64,000 bases of DNA from an uncultured Nitrospiraceae bacterium (GTDB lineage: Bacteria; Nitrospirota; Nitrospiria; Nitrospirales; Nitrospiraceae), in the NCBI GenBank assembly GCA_963846575.1, contig CAWJWJ010000002.1:256001-320000 (forward strand), read 5' to 3'. The notes below the pieces were generated by a model that saw only the letters and a program-made list of their open reading frames with translations, had not been told where the DNA came from and ran no database searches. The translations under genes were made by a program, and so were the position numbers. This document shows, piece by piece, positions 30,867 through 41,280 of this stretch; the first letter of the stretch is position 1, and each line of letters begins with the position of its first letter.

Positions 30867-31997
30867 GTGTCTGACTCAACCGAAAGGCTGCAGGTGAAAA
30901 CGGTCGCCACGCTTCCTCGTCCCATCACGGACTACCAGTCACTGTCTGCCGAAGAATTGTTCGAGCGGACCTGTGCGGCGAAACGCCTCCTCGGCGATCG
31001 TGTCATGATTCTCGGGCATAACTACCAGCGCGATGAAGTGATACAACATGCCGATTTCCGTGGCGATTCCCTCATCCTTTCGCAGGTGGCCGAGCAAAAA
31101 TCCGATCGCCCCTATGTCGTGTTTTGCGGCGTGCATTTCATGGCGGAAACCGCGGATGTGTTGAGCCGCTCCAACCAAACGGTCATTCTTCCGGACATGG
31201 CGGCCGGCTGTTCCATGGCCGACATGGCAGCGATCGAGCAGGTGGAGCAGTGCTGGGATGCGCTGGGCCGGATCGTCCCGGTTGAGGAGACAGTCATGCC
31301 GGCGGTCTATGTGAATTCGGCGGCGGTCCTGAAGGCCTTCTGCGGCGAACACGGCGGGCTGACGTGCACCTCGTCCAACGCCCGCAAGGTCATCGAATGG
31401 AGTTGGGCGCGCCGGGAGAAGATTCTGTTTTTCCCTGACGAACATCTTGGCCGCAACACGGCCAACAAAATGGGCATCCCCCGTGAGCAGATGATTGTCT
31501 GGGATCCCTACATGCCACGCGGCGGCAATTCGATTGAGGCGATCCAGCGGGCCAGGCTGATTCTGTGGAAGGGCCATTGCAGCGTGCACCAGATGTTTCA
31601 ACCGTCCCACGTGGACTATTTCCGCAAGCAATACCCCGGGGGCCAGGTCATCGTCCATCCGGAATGCCATGAGGATGTGGTCAACAGGGCGGACCTGGTG
31701 GGCTCGACCGAATTCATCATTCGCACCATCACTGCGGCGCCTGCCGGCACGACCTGGGCCGTGGGGACGGAATTGAATCTGGTCAACCGGCTGAAGCAGG
31801 AGCAGACCGACAAGAAGGTGTTTTTCCTATCCTCAACCGTGTGCCAATGTGCCACGATGTACCGCATCGATGCCCCGCACCTGTGCTGGGCGCTGGAAAA
31901 CCTGGTGGACGGCCATGTCGTGAATCAGATCGTCGTGCCGGACGACGAAAAGCAGTGGGCCAAGGTAGCGCTCGACCGCATGATGGCCCTTAGCTAG
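30867..31997 (+). CDS. nadA: Quinolinate synthase
   Basis: GHNYQ, FCGVHFMAE, GCSMA, YVNS, CSVH and HPEC; start approximate. Confidence 0.95.
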   Translation: MSDSTERLQVKTVATLPRPITDYQSLSAEELFERTCAAKRLLGDRVMILGHNYQRDEVIQHADFRGDSLILSQVAEQKSDRPYVVFCGVHFMAETADVLSRSNQTVILPDMAAGCSMADMAAIEQVEQCWDALGRIVPVEETVMPAVYVNSAAVLKAFCGEHGGLTCTSSNARKVIEWSWARREKILFFPDEHLGRNTANKMGIPREQMIVWDPYMPRGGNSIEAIQRARLILWKGHCSVHQMFQPSHVDYFRKQYPGGQVIVHPECHEDVVNRADLVGSTEFIIRTITAAPAGTTWAVGTELNLVNRLKQEQTDKKVFFLSSTVCQCATMYRIDAPHLCWALENLVDGHVVNQIVVPDDEKQWAKVALDRMMALS

Positions 31998-32106
31998 CCA
32001 GGATTCAGCTGCCACAACAAACCACTGGTTCCTCTCGCCTTGATTCGGTATAGTCCGCTCCTTACGCGCACTGTATTAGTATTTCGTTACTCAGTCAGGT
32101 CACGTT

Positions 32107-34926
32107 ATGGACTATAAAGCGACTCTCAATCTGCCGAAGACCGACTTTCCGATGAAGGCGAATCTGCCGCAGCGGGAACCGGAGATGCTCGCGCGATGGG
32201 ACCAGGAGCGGTTGTACGAGCGCATTCAGGAATCCCGCCAGGGCTTTCCGCGATATGTTCTTCACGACGGTCCGCCGTACGCGAACGGGCGTATCCACAT
32301 CGGTCATGCGCTGAACAAAATTTTGAAAGATATTATCGTCAAATCCAAGACGATGTCCGGTTATCACGTGCCTTATGTGCCGGGTTGGGATTGTCACGGC
32401 TTGCCGATCGAACATCAGGTGCTGAAGGAACTCGGCGACAAAAAGCGAGATTTGGATGCCCTCGCGATCCGCAAGCTTTGTAAGGAGTACGCCGAAAGAT
32501 ATGTTGCGATTCAGCGGGAGGAGTTCCAGCGGCTGGGTGTCTTGGGTGATTGGCAGCAGCCCTATCTCACGTTGCATCCCTCCTATGAGGCCACCATCCT
32601 GCGCGAGTTCGGCGGGTTCGTCGAACGGGGCGGGGTGTACAAGGGCTTGAAACCCGTCCTGTGGTGCACGCAAGACCAGACGGCGTTGGCGGAAGCCGAG
32701 GTCGAGTACGACGACCATACCTCACCCTCGGTCTATGTGAAGTTTCCGCTCGTTAGTCCCCTCTCCCTATTGAGCAAGAGATTCGGCCCCCTTTCGTTTC
32801 CTGTCGAAGCGACGCGCGCGTCAGTCTTGATTTGGACCACCACTCCCTGGACCTTGCCGGCGAACCAAGCCGTCTGCCTGCACGCCGACATCGACTACGC
32901 CTTCGTGCAGGTCGGTGACGAGCTGCTGATCATAGCCGAGAAGCTGGTCGAGCCGGTCGCCAAGGCCTGTGATCTGCCGGCCTATACCATCGTCGGCGTG
33001 AAAAAGGGGGGCGAGGGTTTCGAAGGATTGGAGACGCAACGCCCACTCACCACCGGGCTTTCGCCGATCCTGCTGGGCGATTTTGTCACGTTGGAGCAGG
33101 GGACGGGTTGCGTCCATATCGCGCCGGGCCACGGCATGGAGGACTACCTGCTGGTGCTGGATCACAATGCGAAGTCCAGCGTGGGAGAGCGGCTTGAAAT
33201 CCTGGCGCCGGTGGACAACGGTGGAAAATTCACGGAGGTCGTGCAGGAGTTCGCCGGCCAGCATGTCTTCAAGGCGAACCCGAAAATCGTGGAGCGGCTC
33301 AAGGAGAACGGTCGCTTGCTCGGCCATGGTTCGCTGAAGCATTCCTATCCCCATTGCTGGCGGTGCAAACAGCCCGTCATCTTCCGCGCGACCGAACAAT
33401 GGTTTGTCTCGATGGATACCAACCACCTGCGTGCCGAGGCGCTGGCGGAGATCGATCGCGTGCAATGGGTGCCGCCTTGGGGCCAGGATCGGATCGAGGG
33501 TATGATCAAGAATCGCCCGGATTGGTGTCTCTCGCGCCAGCGGGTCTGGGGCACGCCGATTCCGGCGTTTACCTGCGTGAAGTGCGGGCATGTGCTGGCC
33601 CATCCCAGGGTGATCGATCATGTAGCGGATTTGATAGCCCGGTATGGCACGGACTACTGGTTTGCCAACCAGGCCGCAGCATTGCTCCCCGCCGACACGC
33701 AGTGCGAGGCCTGCGGCACCACGGCATTTGAAAAAGAACGCGACATTCTTGATGTCTGGTTCGAATCAGGCGTGAGTTATGCGGCGGTCCTGAAACCGCG
33801 CCATTGGTGGCCGGCCGACTTGTATTTGGAGGGATCTGACCAGCATCGCGGTTGGTTCCACAGCGCGTTGCTGGCCGGGGTGATCACTGATCGCAAAGCG
33901 CCCTACAAGGCGGTGCTGACGCACGGTTTCGTACTCGATGGCGCCGGACGAAAGATGTCGAAATCGGCGGGCAATGTCGTGGCGCCACAGGACGTGATCA
34001 AACAGTCCGGCGCGGAAATCCTCCGCTTGTGGGTCTCGGCGCAGGACTATCGTGAAGATTTGCGCATTTCTCCGGAGATTTTGACCCATCTCATCGAGGC
34101 CTATCGAAAGATCCGCAACACCTGTCGCTTTCTGCTGAGCAATCTTTACGATTTCGACCCCGCGAAGGACCGCGTCCCGTTCGAGCGGCTGCCCGAACTC
34201 GACCGATGGGCACTCATGCGGCTGGGAGATTTGATCCCGCGCGTGCGGAAGGGCTACGACGAGTTCGAGTTCCATACGATTTTCCATGCGCTGAACAACT
34301 TTTGTTCGGTGGACTTGAGCGCGGTCTATCTCGATATCCTGAAGGATCGCCTCTACACCTTCCGCAAGGATTCGCCTCTGCGACGGGGCTCGCAGACCGT
34401 GCTCTTCGAGATCCTGGTGGCGTTGACGAAGCTGATGGCGCCGGTCCTGAGCTTCACGGCAGATGAAATCTGGCGGATGTTGCCCGATGCAGTGCGGAGG
34501 GATGCGAAAGCCGACAGTGTGCATCTGGCGATGTTTCCGGAAGTCGACTCGCGATGGGATGATTCGAAGCTGGCTGAGCGCTGGGAGCAGCTTCTCGAGG
34601 TGCGAACGACGGTCCAGGCAGCACTGGAAGTGCAACGCCGGGATAAGGTCATCGGGGCGCCGCTCGAAGCGAGGGTCGTGATTGAAGCTCAGCCCGCTTT
34701 GTATGATTTGATGAAGACATACGGGCAGGATCTCCCCGCGTTTTTCATCGTGTCGGATGTGGTGTTGAAGGACCTCCCGGACGTGCCCGACGCCCCGGCG
34801 GTCATCATTGCCGTGGAGAAGGCGACCGGCGCGAAGTGCGGGCGGTGTTGGAACTACCGGTCGGCCGTGGGGACATTTCCCGACCATCCGACACTCTGCG
34901 AGCGCTGCGTGGAGGCGGTTCGTTGA
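32107..34926 (+). CDS. ileS: Isoleucyl-tRNA synthetase (type 1)
   Basis: HIGH, GWDCHGLP, KMSKS and C-terminal Zn finger CGRCW...CERC. Confidence 0.98.
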   Translation: MDYKATLNLPKTDFPMKANLPQREPEMLARWDQERLYERIQESRQGFPRYVLHDGPPYANGRIHIGHALNKILKDIIVKSKTMSGYHVPYVPGWDCHGLPIEHQVLKELGDKKRDLDALAIRKLCKEYAERYVAIQREEFQRLGVLGDWQQPYLTLHPSYEATILREFGGFVERGGVYKGLKPVLWCTQDQTALAEAEVEYDDHTSPSVYVKFPLVSPLSLLSKRFGPLSFPVEATRASVLIWTTTPWTLPANQAVCLHADIDYAFVQVGDELLIIAEKLVEPVAKACDLPAYTIVGVKKGGEGFEGLETQRPLTTGLSPILLGDFVTLEQGTGCVHIAPGHGMEDYLLVLDHNAKSSVGERLEILAPVDNGGKFTEVVQEFAGQHVFKANPKIVERLKENGRLLGHGSLKHSYPHCWRCKQPVIFRATEQWFVSMDTNHLRAEALAEIDRVQWVPPWGQDRIEGMIKNRPDWCLSRQRVWGTPIPAFTCVKCGHVLAHPRVIDHVADLIARYGTDYWFANQAAALLPADTQCEACGTTAFEKERDILDVWFESGVSYAAVLKPRHWWPADLYLEGSDQHRGWFHSALLAGVITDRKAPYKAVLTHGFVLDGAGRKMSKSAGNVVAPQDVIKQSGAEILRLWVSAQDYREDLRISPEILTHLIEAYRKIRNTCRFLLSNLYDFDPAKDRVPFERLPELDRWALMRLGDLIPRVRKGYDEFEFHTIFHALNNFCSVDLSAVYLDILKDRLYTFRKDSPLRRGSQTVLFEILVALTKLMAPVLSFTADEIWRMLPDAVRRDAKADSVHLAMFPEVDSRWDDSKLAERWEQLLEVRTTVQAALEVQRRDKVIGAPLEARVVIEAQPALYDLMKTYGQDLPAFFIVSDVVLKDLPDVPDAPAVIIAVEKATGAKCGRCWNYRSAVGTFPDHPTLCERCVEAVR

Positions 34927-35444
34927 GCACATCCGTTCGCTATCTGCTGCTCGGATTGCTCAGTCTGGCGATCGTGGTGCTGGATCAGATCACGAAGGTG
35001 TACGTCATGCAGACGATGCGACTGCATGAGTCCATTGTGGTCATTTCCGATTTCTTCAGTATCACCTACATCCGCAACCCGGGGGCAGCTTTTGGTTTTC
35101 TGTCCTCCAGCAGCAGTACCTTCCGCTTTGTGTTCTTCGGGCTGACGTCGCTCTTTGCCGTGGGATTGCTGGGAACCATTCTGGTGCGGATGCCGAAACA
35201 CGACTGGCTGGGTCAGCTCAGCGTGGCGGCCATTCTTGGCGGGGCGATCGGCAATCTGCTGGATCGGTTGCGATACGGGGAGGTGATCGACTTTCTCGAT
35301 TTCTATGTTAACGGCTATCACTGGCCGGCCTTCAATGTGGCCGACTCCGCGATTACCGTCGGGGTCGTGTTTCTGATTCTCCACTTCGCCTTGGAAAAGC
35401 ATCCCGATGATGCTCCGCTTCTTCAGGAGAACCGCCCCTCTTAG
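34923..35444 (+). CDS. lspA: Lipoprotein signal peptidase II
   Basis: DQITK, NPGAAFG, GNLLDR and FNVAD; TTG start overlaps the ileS stop. Confidence 0.95.
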   Translation: MSTSVRYLLLGLLSLAIVVLDQITKVYVMQTMRLHESIVVISDFFSITYIRNPGAAFGFLSSSSSTFRFVFFGLTSLFAVGLLGTILVRMPKHDWLGQLSVAAILGGAIGNLLDRLRYGEVIDFLDFYVNGYHWPAFNVADSAITVGVVFLILHFALEKHPDDAPLLQENRPS

Positions 35445-35771
35445 GGCGCGGTGGTAGATTCCCCGGGCCCTCCAGACACCGATCAGGTCTCCAGTCACGA
35501 ATCGGTGTGGCTCCCCGGCAGGGGAGAACGAACGAACCCGTTCAGCCCGTTCTCGTACGTGACGCCAACACCTTACTCAGAACAAGTCGTGCCGCAGGAC
35601 GCTTGAAAGAATCGTCCGGCGACAGGGCACAGCCTGACTGTCAGGTTGTCACGACCGGGTGCATGAGACGGGTGAATACGCAATTCGGCCGGCGCAGCCA
35701 TAACCAGATGGCTGACCGTCAGGGCACGGGGGGAGGTCGCCGGAGGGCTTTCCGGTAGTCGCTCCGAACGA

Positions 35772-36647
35772 CTAGCGCACGACGAGTAGCACCACGATGC
35801 CCAGCGCCATCCGGTAGTACGCAAATACGCTCAGGCTATGGCGTTGCACGAATGTGAGGAAGGCGGCAATCACGGCCCAGGCCACGGCGAAGGAGACGAC
35901 CAAGCCTATTCCCAGGGCGACGTAATCCTGCTGGGAGAAGGCCGCTTGCGATTTGAGCATTTGGTAGATCGTGGCGATAATCATCGTCGGAAGGGCTAAA
36001 AAGAACGAATATTCCGTCGCGACGCGCCGATCCAGCCCTGCCAGGAGGCCTCCGACGATGGTCGATCCGGAGCGGGACATACCGGGAATCAAGGAGACGC
36101 ATTGGGCCAGACCGATCCAGAGAGCCGAGCGGGGAGTGACCTGGAGCAGTTCTTTGACCTGCACACGGTTGTGCATTCGTTCGACCACCAGGATGACGAT
36201 GCCGCCGACGATCAATGAAGCCGCGACGGTCGAGGGGGTGAACAGATAAGCTTTTATCGACTTGTGCGCGACGAATCCCACAAGGGCTGCCGGCAGAAAC
36301 GCCAATCCCAATCCGATAACGAACCACAGGTTGGGGTGCACCTGAATGGACTTCTGAAGAAACGTGGTCCAGGGGGTGCTTCCACGGACCGCCATTAGTG
36401 ATCGAAATTCGCGCTGTTCACGGAGTGCATGGGACGCCAATGAGGCAAGCTTTGTGCGCTCGTAGGCGATGATGGCCAGAATCGCTCCCAATTGAATGGA
36501 AATCTCCACGTTGGAGGCGATCTCTCCTGTAAACCCGAGCGCGTGTCCGACGAGAATGAGATGTCCAGTCGAGGAGACGGGAAGAAATTCCGTCAGTCCT
36601 TCAATGATACCGAGAATGACGGCAAGCTCCGGGCCCCAGTTCATCAT
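35772..36647 (-). CDS. uppP: Undecaprenyl-diphosphate phosphatase
   Basis: EGLTEFLPVSSTGH and PGMSRSGST. Confidence 0.95.
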   Translation of the reverse strand: MMNWGPELAVILGIIEGLTEFLPVSSTGHLILVGHALGFTGEIASNVEISIQLGAILAIIAYERTKLASLASHALREQREFRSLMAVRGSTPWTTFLQKSIQVHPNLWFVIGLGLAFLPAALVGFVAHKSIKAYLFTPSTVAASLIVGGIVILVVERMHNRVQVKELLQVTPRSALWIGLAQCVSLIPGMSRSGSTIVGGLLAGLDRRVATEYSFFLALPTMIIATIYQMLKSQAAFSQQDYVALGIGLVVSFAVAWAVIAAFLTFVQRHSLSVFAYYRMALGIVVLLVVR

Positions 36648-36900
36648 AATAGTACAAATAATAAGATGTGGTGGAGAGGCGGTGGTGTGTGGTTTCGCTG
36701 ACTAGTCCTGCATATTCCCAGACTGTTCTCCTGCAGTCAAGCGCCGTCGACTTTTGTACGGGAGGGGCCGCGGATGACGACGGGCATGGAGGACCGGCGC
36801 TCTCCAATCGGCAAACCTGTTGACAAAGCGGGGGTCTTGGCATACACACAACAAGAGGAAAAGAATCGGATAGGTCCTGATCGAACAGGGGGAGGGTCGC

Positions 36901-37632
36901 ATGAGGCACGTGTGGATGGCCGGGATCGCGCTCATGAGCGCAATCGCCGTCAGCGGATGCGTAAGTAATAAGAAATACAATGAGGTGCTTGCCGACGCGG
37001 ATGCTGCCAGGAGTGATCTGGAACGCACCCGTGCGCAGAAAAACGCGCTGGAGCAGCAGGTAAAAACGCTCAAGGATCTCAACGCAAAATTTGGTTCGGA
37101 AACTCAGATCGCCAGGGACGAACTCCAGCGTATCCAGCATGGGCGCGATAAGGAGCGTGACACCATCGATGTCCGGACCAAGGAGCTGGAAGACAAGGTC
37201 AAGCAGCTGACCGCACAAAACCGGAACGTTAAGCAGGAATATGACGAGGCCCGCCGGCATAACGAACAGCTAAAATCCCTGGTCGCACGCTACCAGAAAG
37301 AAATGAAGGAACGCGCCCGGTCGCTGTCACCGAATGTGACGCCTCCCGTTTCGAGCGCACCACGGTCTGGTTCTGGGACGTCCTCGACCCAATCAACATC
37401 AGCGGCTCCTCCACCGGCCGTCCCTGCGGAGGCTTCGCCGGCCGCTTCGTTGCTTAACATCAACAAGGTGCCTTCGTCAGATCTGGTACTTTCCTTGGGT
37501 GTGACTCAGGATGTGGCCGACCGGATCGTGAGCAACCGACCCTACAAGGTAAAGGGCGAACTAGTGGCCAAGAATGTGGTGCCAAAGGACGTGTTCGACG
37601 ACATCAAGGACCGCATCACCGTCAGTCCGTAA
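36901..37632 (+). CDS. Lipoprotein with long coiled coil and C-terminal ComEA-like helix-hairpin-helix domain
   Basis: VSGC lipobox, heptad region, Ser/Pro/Ala linker, then LNINK...LGV...ADRIVSNRPY...IKDRITV. Confidence 0.75.
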   Translation: MRHVWMAGIALMSAIAVSGCVSNKKYNEVLADADAARSDLERTRAQKNALEQQVKTLKDLNAKFGSETQIARDELQRIQHGRDKERDTIDVRTKELEDKVKQLTAQNRNVKQEYDEARRHNEQLKSLVARYQKEMKERARSLSPNVTPPVSSAPRSGSGTSSTQSTSAAPPPAVPAEASPAASLLNINKVPSSDLVLSLGVTQDVADRIVSNRPYKVKGELVAKNVVPKDVFDDIKDRITVSP

Positions 37633-37805
37633 GTATCTGCACAGGTCCCGATCGTGGACCGAGAACGCGCCGGGGCCGTGTACCGTTAATGGTACACGGC
37701 CCTCGTTGTATCTGCCCGAATATCCGCCCGCAGGCTCCTTGCTGCATCGTAAAATCGTTTCCTGCTAGAATGCCGTCTTTGCCCGGCAGGAGGATGTTCT
37801 CGTTC

Positions 37806-39050
37806 ATGCGCCGCGTGAGTTTGATCATTGGAGTGCTTGCAATCGGGCTCGCTATCGCCGGGTACGTATTCTTTAACGGCGAGCGGCGGGTGCCGGTTCG
37901 GTATCGCACGGTTCCTGTCGAGCGAGGAACGATTGTCTCTCTTGTGACCGCGACGGGCACGATCAACCCGATCACGACCATTCAAGTCGGAAGTCAGGTG
38001 TCCGGCATGATCGAAAGTCTCCATGCCGATTTCAACTCCAAGGTGAAGGCAAACCAGGTCGTGGCGCGCATCGATCCATTTCCCTATCAGGCCCGGCGGG
38101 ATCAGGCCCTGGCCAGCCTGGCCAATGCGAAAGCGGCCTTCGATAAGGCACGGATCGATCTGGCGCAACGTCGGCGTGAATTGGATCGGGCTAAGTCACT
38201 GATCGGACAGCAATTCATTTCACAAAACGAAGTAGACGTCGCGCTGACGGCGTCCGAAGGCGCTGTGGCCCAACTGAAGGTGACCGAAGCCGCGGTCAAG
38301 CAGGCGGAGGCGATCTTGCAGGCGGCTGAGTTGGACTTGAAGTATACGGTGATCCGTTCCCCGGTTGACGGCGTGGTGATCTCCAGGCTGGTCGAGGTGG
38401 GGCAGCGAATTTCAGCGAGCTTTTCCATCCCCACCCTGTTTTTGATCGCGGAAGATGTGACGAAAATGCAGGTTGATACGAACGTCAGCGAAGCCGACAT
38501 CGGCGGCGTGGCAGAAGGGAAAGAGGCCTCATTTACCGTCGATGCCTATCCCGGAGAGCGGTTTCGCGGACGCGTCCGGCAGGTCAGGAATGCGCCGATC
38601 AATATCCAGAATGTGGTGACGTATGACGTCGTGGTCGAATTCGAGAATCCGGAGTTCCGTCTGAAGCCGGGGATGACCGCGAACGTGGCCATCGTCGTAG
38701 CGAAGAAGGAGCAGATTCTTAAGGTACCGAATGCGGCCCTGCGGTTCACCCCTCCGCGCGGCGCTCGAGAGGAAGGTGCTGCGGGTCGGCCTGTCGGCGC
38801 CGCCACCGGGATGGTGAGCCGTCAGCGTACGCTCTGGAAGCAGAACCTGACCGATGAGCTGGAGCCTGTGCCGGTGGAGATAGGGATTTCCGACGGAACC
38901 TATTCGGAAATCATCGCGACTGAGGTGACCGAGGGTGATCAGGTAGTGATCGGTATCGATACCGTCCGCGGAGATCGCAAGGGCGGAGAGCTGCCTCCTG
39001 GGTTCGGGTCCGGGCAGCCGCGCAGCTCCCGGCGTGATCGAGGCATCTGA
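37806..39050 (+). CDS. MacA-like periplasmic adaptor
   Basis: ATGTINP, GSQVSG, IRSPVDGVV and LKPGMTA. Confidence 0.9.
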   Translation: MRRVSLIIGVLAIGLAIAGYVFFNGERRVPVRYRTVPVERGTIVSLVTATGTINPITTIQVGSQVSGMIESLHADFNSKVKANQVVARIDPFPYQARRDQALASLANAKAAFDKARIDLAQRRRELDRAKSLIGQQFISQNEVDVALTASEGAVAQLKVTEAAVKQAEAILQAAELDLKYTVIRSPVDGVVISRLVEVGQRISASFSIPTLFLIAEDVTKMQVDTNVSEADIGGVAEGKEASFTVDAYPGERFRGRVRQVRNAPINIQNVVTYDVVVEFENPEFRLKPGMTANVAIVVAKKEQILKVPNAALRFTPPRGAREEGAAGRPVGAATGMVSRQRTLWKQNLTDELEPVPVEIGISDGTYSEIIATEVTEGDQVVIGIDTVRGDRKGGELPPGFGSGQPRSSRRDRGI

Positions 39051-39250
39051 CAGGATGCCGCACCTCGATGCCGGCGGGTGACCACACCGGCGAAGGCCAT
39101 CCGTCGCATCCGGAACGGTTCCTTTCGCCCTGCCCAGGGGGAGACTCGACCGCCAAGAGCGACAGCGACCACCATGCCGATTTCGACTCTCCAGAGCTTT
39201 GCTTGTCGGCTAGACCGTGAACCCGTTCGCCATTCTAACGCAAGGCCAGT

Positions 39251-39961
39251 ATGGTTCCCCTGATCGTCTGTGAAGACATCTGGAAGATCTATCGGGTGGG
39301 CGACGTCGAGGTGCAGGCCTTGCGCGCGCTTGATCTCACCATCGATCGAGGCGAATTCGTCGCGGTAATGGGCACATCCGGATCAGGCAAATCGACGCTC
39401 ATGAACATTCTCGGCTGTCTGGATCAACCGACTCGCGGACGATACCGGCTGAACGGTCTGGAGGTGGGGAAGGCGAAACCGGACCTCTTGGCAGAGTTGC
39501 GCAATCGACAGATCGGATTCGTGTTCCAGAACTTCAATCTGATCCCCAGAACCAGTGCCCTGGAAAACGCTCAACTGCCGCTGTTTTATCGAGGTCTGTC
39601 GCTCAAGGAACAGCGGAGGCAGGCAGGGGCGGCATTACAGCGTGTTGGGCTGGACGGGCGTGAGCACCACTACCCTTCACAGCTTTCCGGAGGCCAACAA
39701 CAACGTGTGGCGATCGCGAGGGCCCTCGTCGGAAGTCCCTCCATTCTGTTCGCGGACGAACCCACCGGCAACCTCGATACCGCGTCGAGTCGGGAAATCA
39801 TGGACATCCTGGTCGAACTCAATCGCAAAGATGGAATTACAATCATTGTCGTCACGCACGAGGCGGATATTGCGGCCTACGCCTCTCGTGAACTCGTGAT
39901 GAAAGACGGTCAGGTCCTGCAGGATGTCCGTCGGGCCCCCCACCTCTCCGTCATGCAGTAG
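39251..39961 (+). CDS. MacB-type ABC ATP-binding subunit
   Basis: [17 protein letters not shown] and ADEPTGNLD. Confidence 0.92.
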   Translation: MVPLIVCEDIWKIYRVGDVEVQALRALDLTIDRGEFVAVMGTSGSGKSTLMNILGCLDQPTRGRYRLNGLEVGKAKPDLLAELRNRQIGFVFQNFNLIPRTSALENAQLPLFYRGLSLKEQRRQAGAALQRVGLDGREHHYPSQLSGGQQQRVAIARALVGSPSILFADEPTGNLDTASSREIMDILVELNRKDGITIIVVTHEADIAAYASRELVMKDGQVLQDVRRAPHLSVMQ

Positions 39962-39968
39962 GGATACG

Positions 39969-41204
39969 ATGCTCGCCTTTATGTTGTTGACCGTCTTGAC
40001 CGCCTTGCGGATCCTAAGCCGAAACCGCATGCGTGCGGGCTTGACCATGCTCGGCATTGTGATCGGGGTGGGCGCCGTCATTGCCATGGTAAGTATCGGA
40101 CAGGGCGCCAGGGCGGCGGTGCAGGCGCAGGTTGCGAGTATGGGGACGAACGTCATCATCGTGATGCCGGGTTCCACGACCGTGAGTGGCGTCAGGGGAG
40201 GCCAGGGCGGAGCGGTGACGCTGACGGTCAGCGACGCCGCAGACCTGAAAAAGCGGAGTCCCTTGCTGTCCGACACCGGATGGGCAAGGCGGGAAGTGAT
40301 GCAAATCGTTAACGGGAACCGCAATTGGAACGGACCGGTGAATGGCATCTCACCAAGCTATCTCACCATCCGCGATTGGGCGTTTATGAGCGGGGGTGCG
40401 TTTACGCAATCTGATCTGGACGGTGCCGTCCGGGTGGCGTTGATCGGGCAAACGACACTGGAAAATCTGTTTGATCCGGGTGAGGAGGCGATCGGAGCGA
40501 CCATCCGGATTAAGAACGTGCCCTTCCAGATCGTCGGGGTCTTAGCTCCTAAGGGCCAATCAGCCCAAGGGTCCGATCAGGATGACGTCATCTTCATCCC
40601 CTTCACCACAGCCGAACGGAAGGTGTTCGGCAGCCAATTTCTCGGCTCAGTCGGGGCGTTATTCGCTTCAACCGAGCAGAGCGCCGATCTGCCTGAGGCC
40701 GTGGAGCATGTTCGGGAAGTACTCCGGGGACGCCACCGATTGCAGCCTGGGCAGGCGGACGACTTCACCATCCGTACGCAAGTCGATATTGGAAAAGTGC
40801 AGGAAAGCACGAGTCAGACCCTCACGGTCATGCTGTTTGCCATCGCTTCGGTGTCGCTGCTGGTGGGCGGCATCGGCATCATGAACATTCTGCTTGTCTC
40901 GGTTACGGAGCGAACGAGAGAGATCGGGATACGCATGGCGGTCGGCGCCAAGCGCGTGCATATCCTCATGCAGTTTCTCATTGAGGCCGTCACTCTGAGT
41001 CTGGTGGGCGGACTCATCGGAGTGGTTGTGGGTATCGCTGGTGCCCTCCTGACAACTGCGATCGCGGGATGGCCGACGATTATTGCCCTTGATTCCATCG
41101 TCAGCGCTTGTATCTTCTCACTAGCCGTCGGACTATTTTTCGGCCTGTACCCCGCCAATAAGGCTGCACGGCTCAATCCCATCGACGCGCTACGCTACGA
41201 ATAG
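39969..41204 (+). CDS. MacB/FtsX-type ABC permease
   Basis: LTMLGIVIGV, GGIGIMNI...SVTERTREIGIR and PIDALRYE. Confidence 0.92.
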   Translation: MLAFMLLTVLTALRILSRNRMRAGLTMLGIVIGVGAVIAMVSIGQGARAAVQAQVASMGTNVIIVMPGSTTVSGVRGGQGGAVTLTVSDAADLKKRSPLLSDTGWARREVMQIVNGNRNWNGPVNGISPSYLTIRDWAFMSGGAFTQSDLDGAVRVALIGQTTLENLFDPGEEAIGATIRIKNVPFQIVGVLAPKGQSAQGSDQDDVIFIPFTTAERKVFGSQFLGSVGALFASTEQSADLPEAVEHVREVLRGRHRLQPGQADDFTIRTQVDIGKVQESTSQTLTVMLFAIASVSLLVGGIGIMNILLVSVTERTREIGIRMAVGAKRVHILMQFLIEAVTLSLVGGLIGVVVGIAGALLTTAIAGWPTIIALDSIVSACIFSLAVGLFFGLYPANKAARLNPIDALRYE

Positions 41205-41280
41205 CGGCCCAAGTCAGCCGGCCGTTGTCGGCGTAGTCTCTAGATCGAATGATGAGATTGGCGCGGAACGGGGAGGGCCA

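Noticed and set aside
35445..35771. RNase P, tmRNA or SRP RNA
   Set aside because: Their signature motifs (GAGGAAAGUCC, tRNA-like ends, UCAGG...AGCAG) are absent
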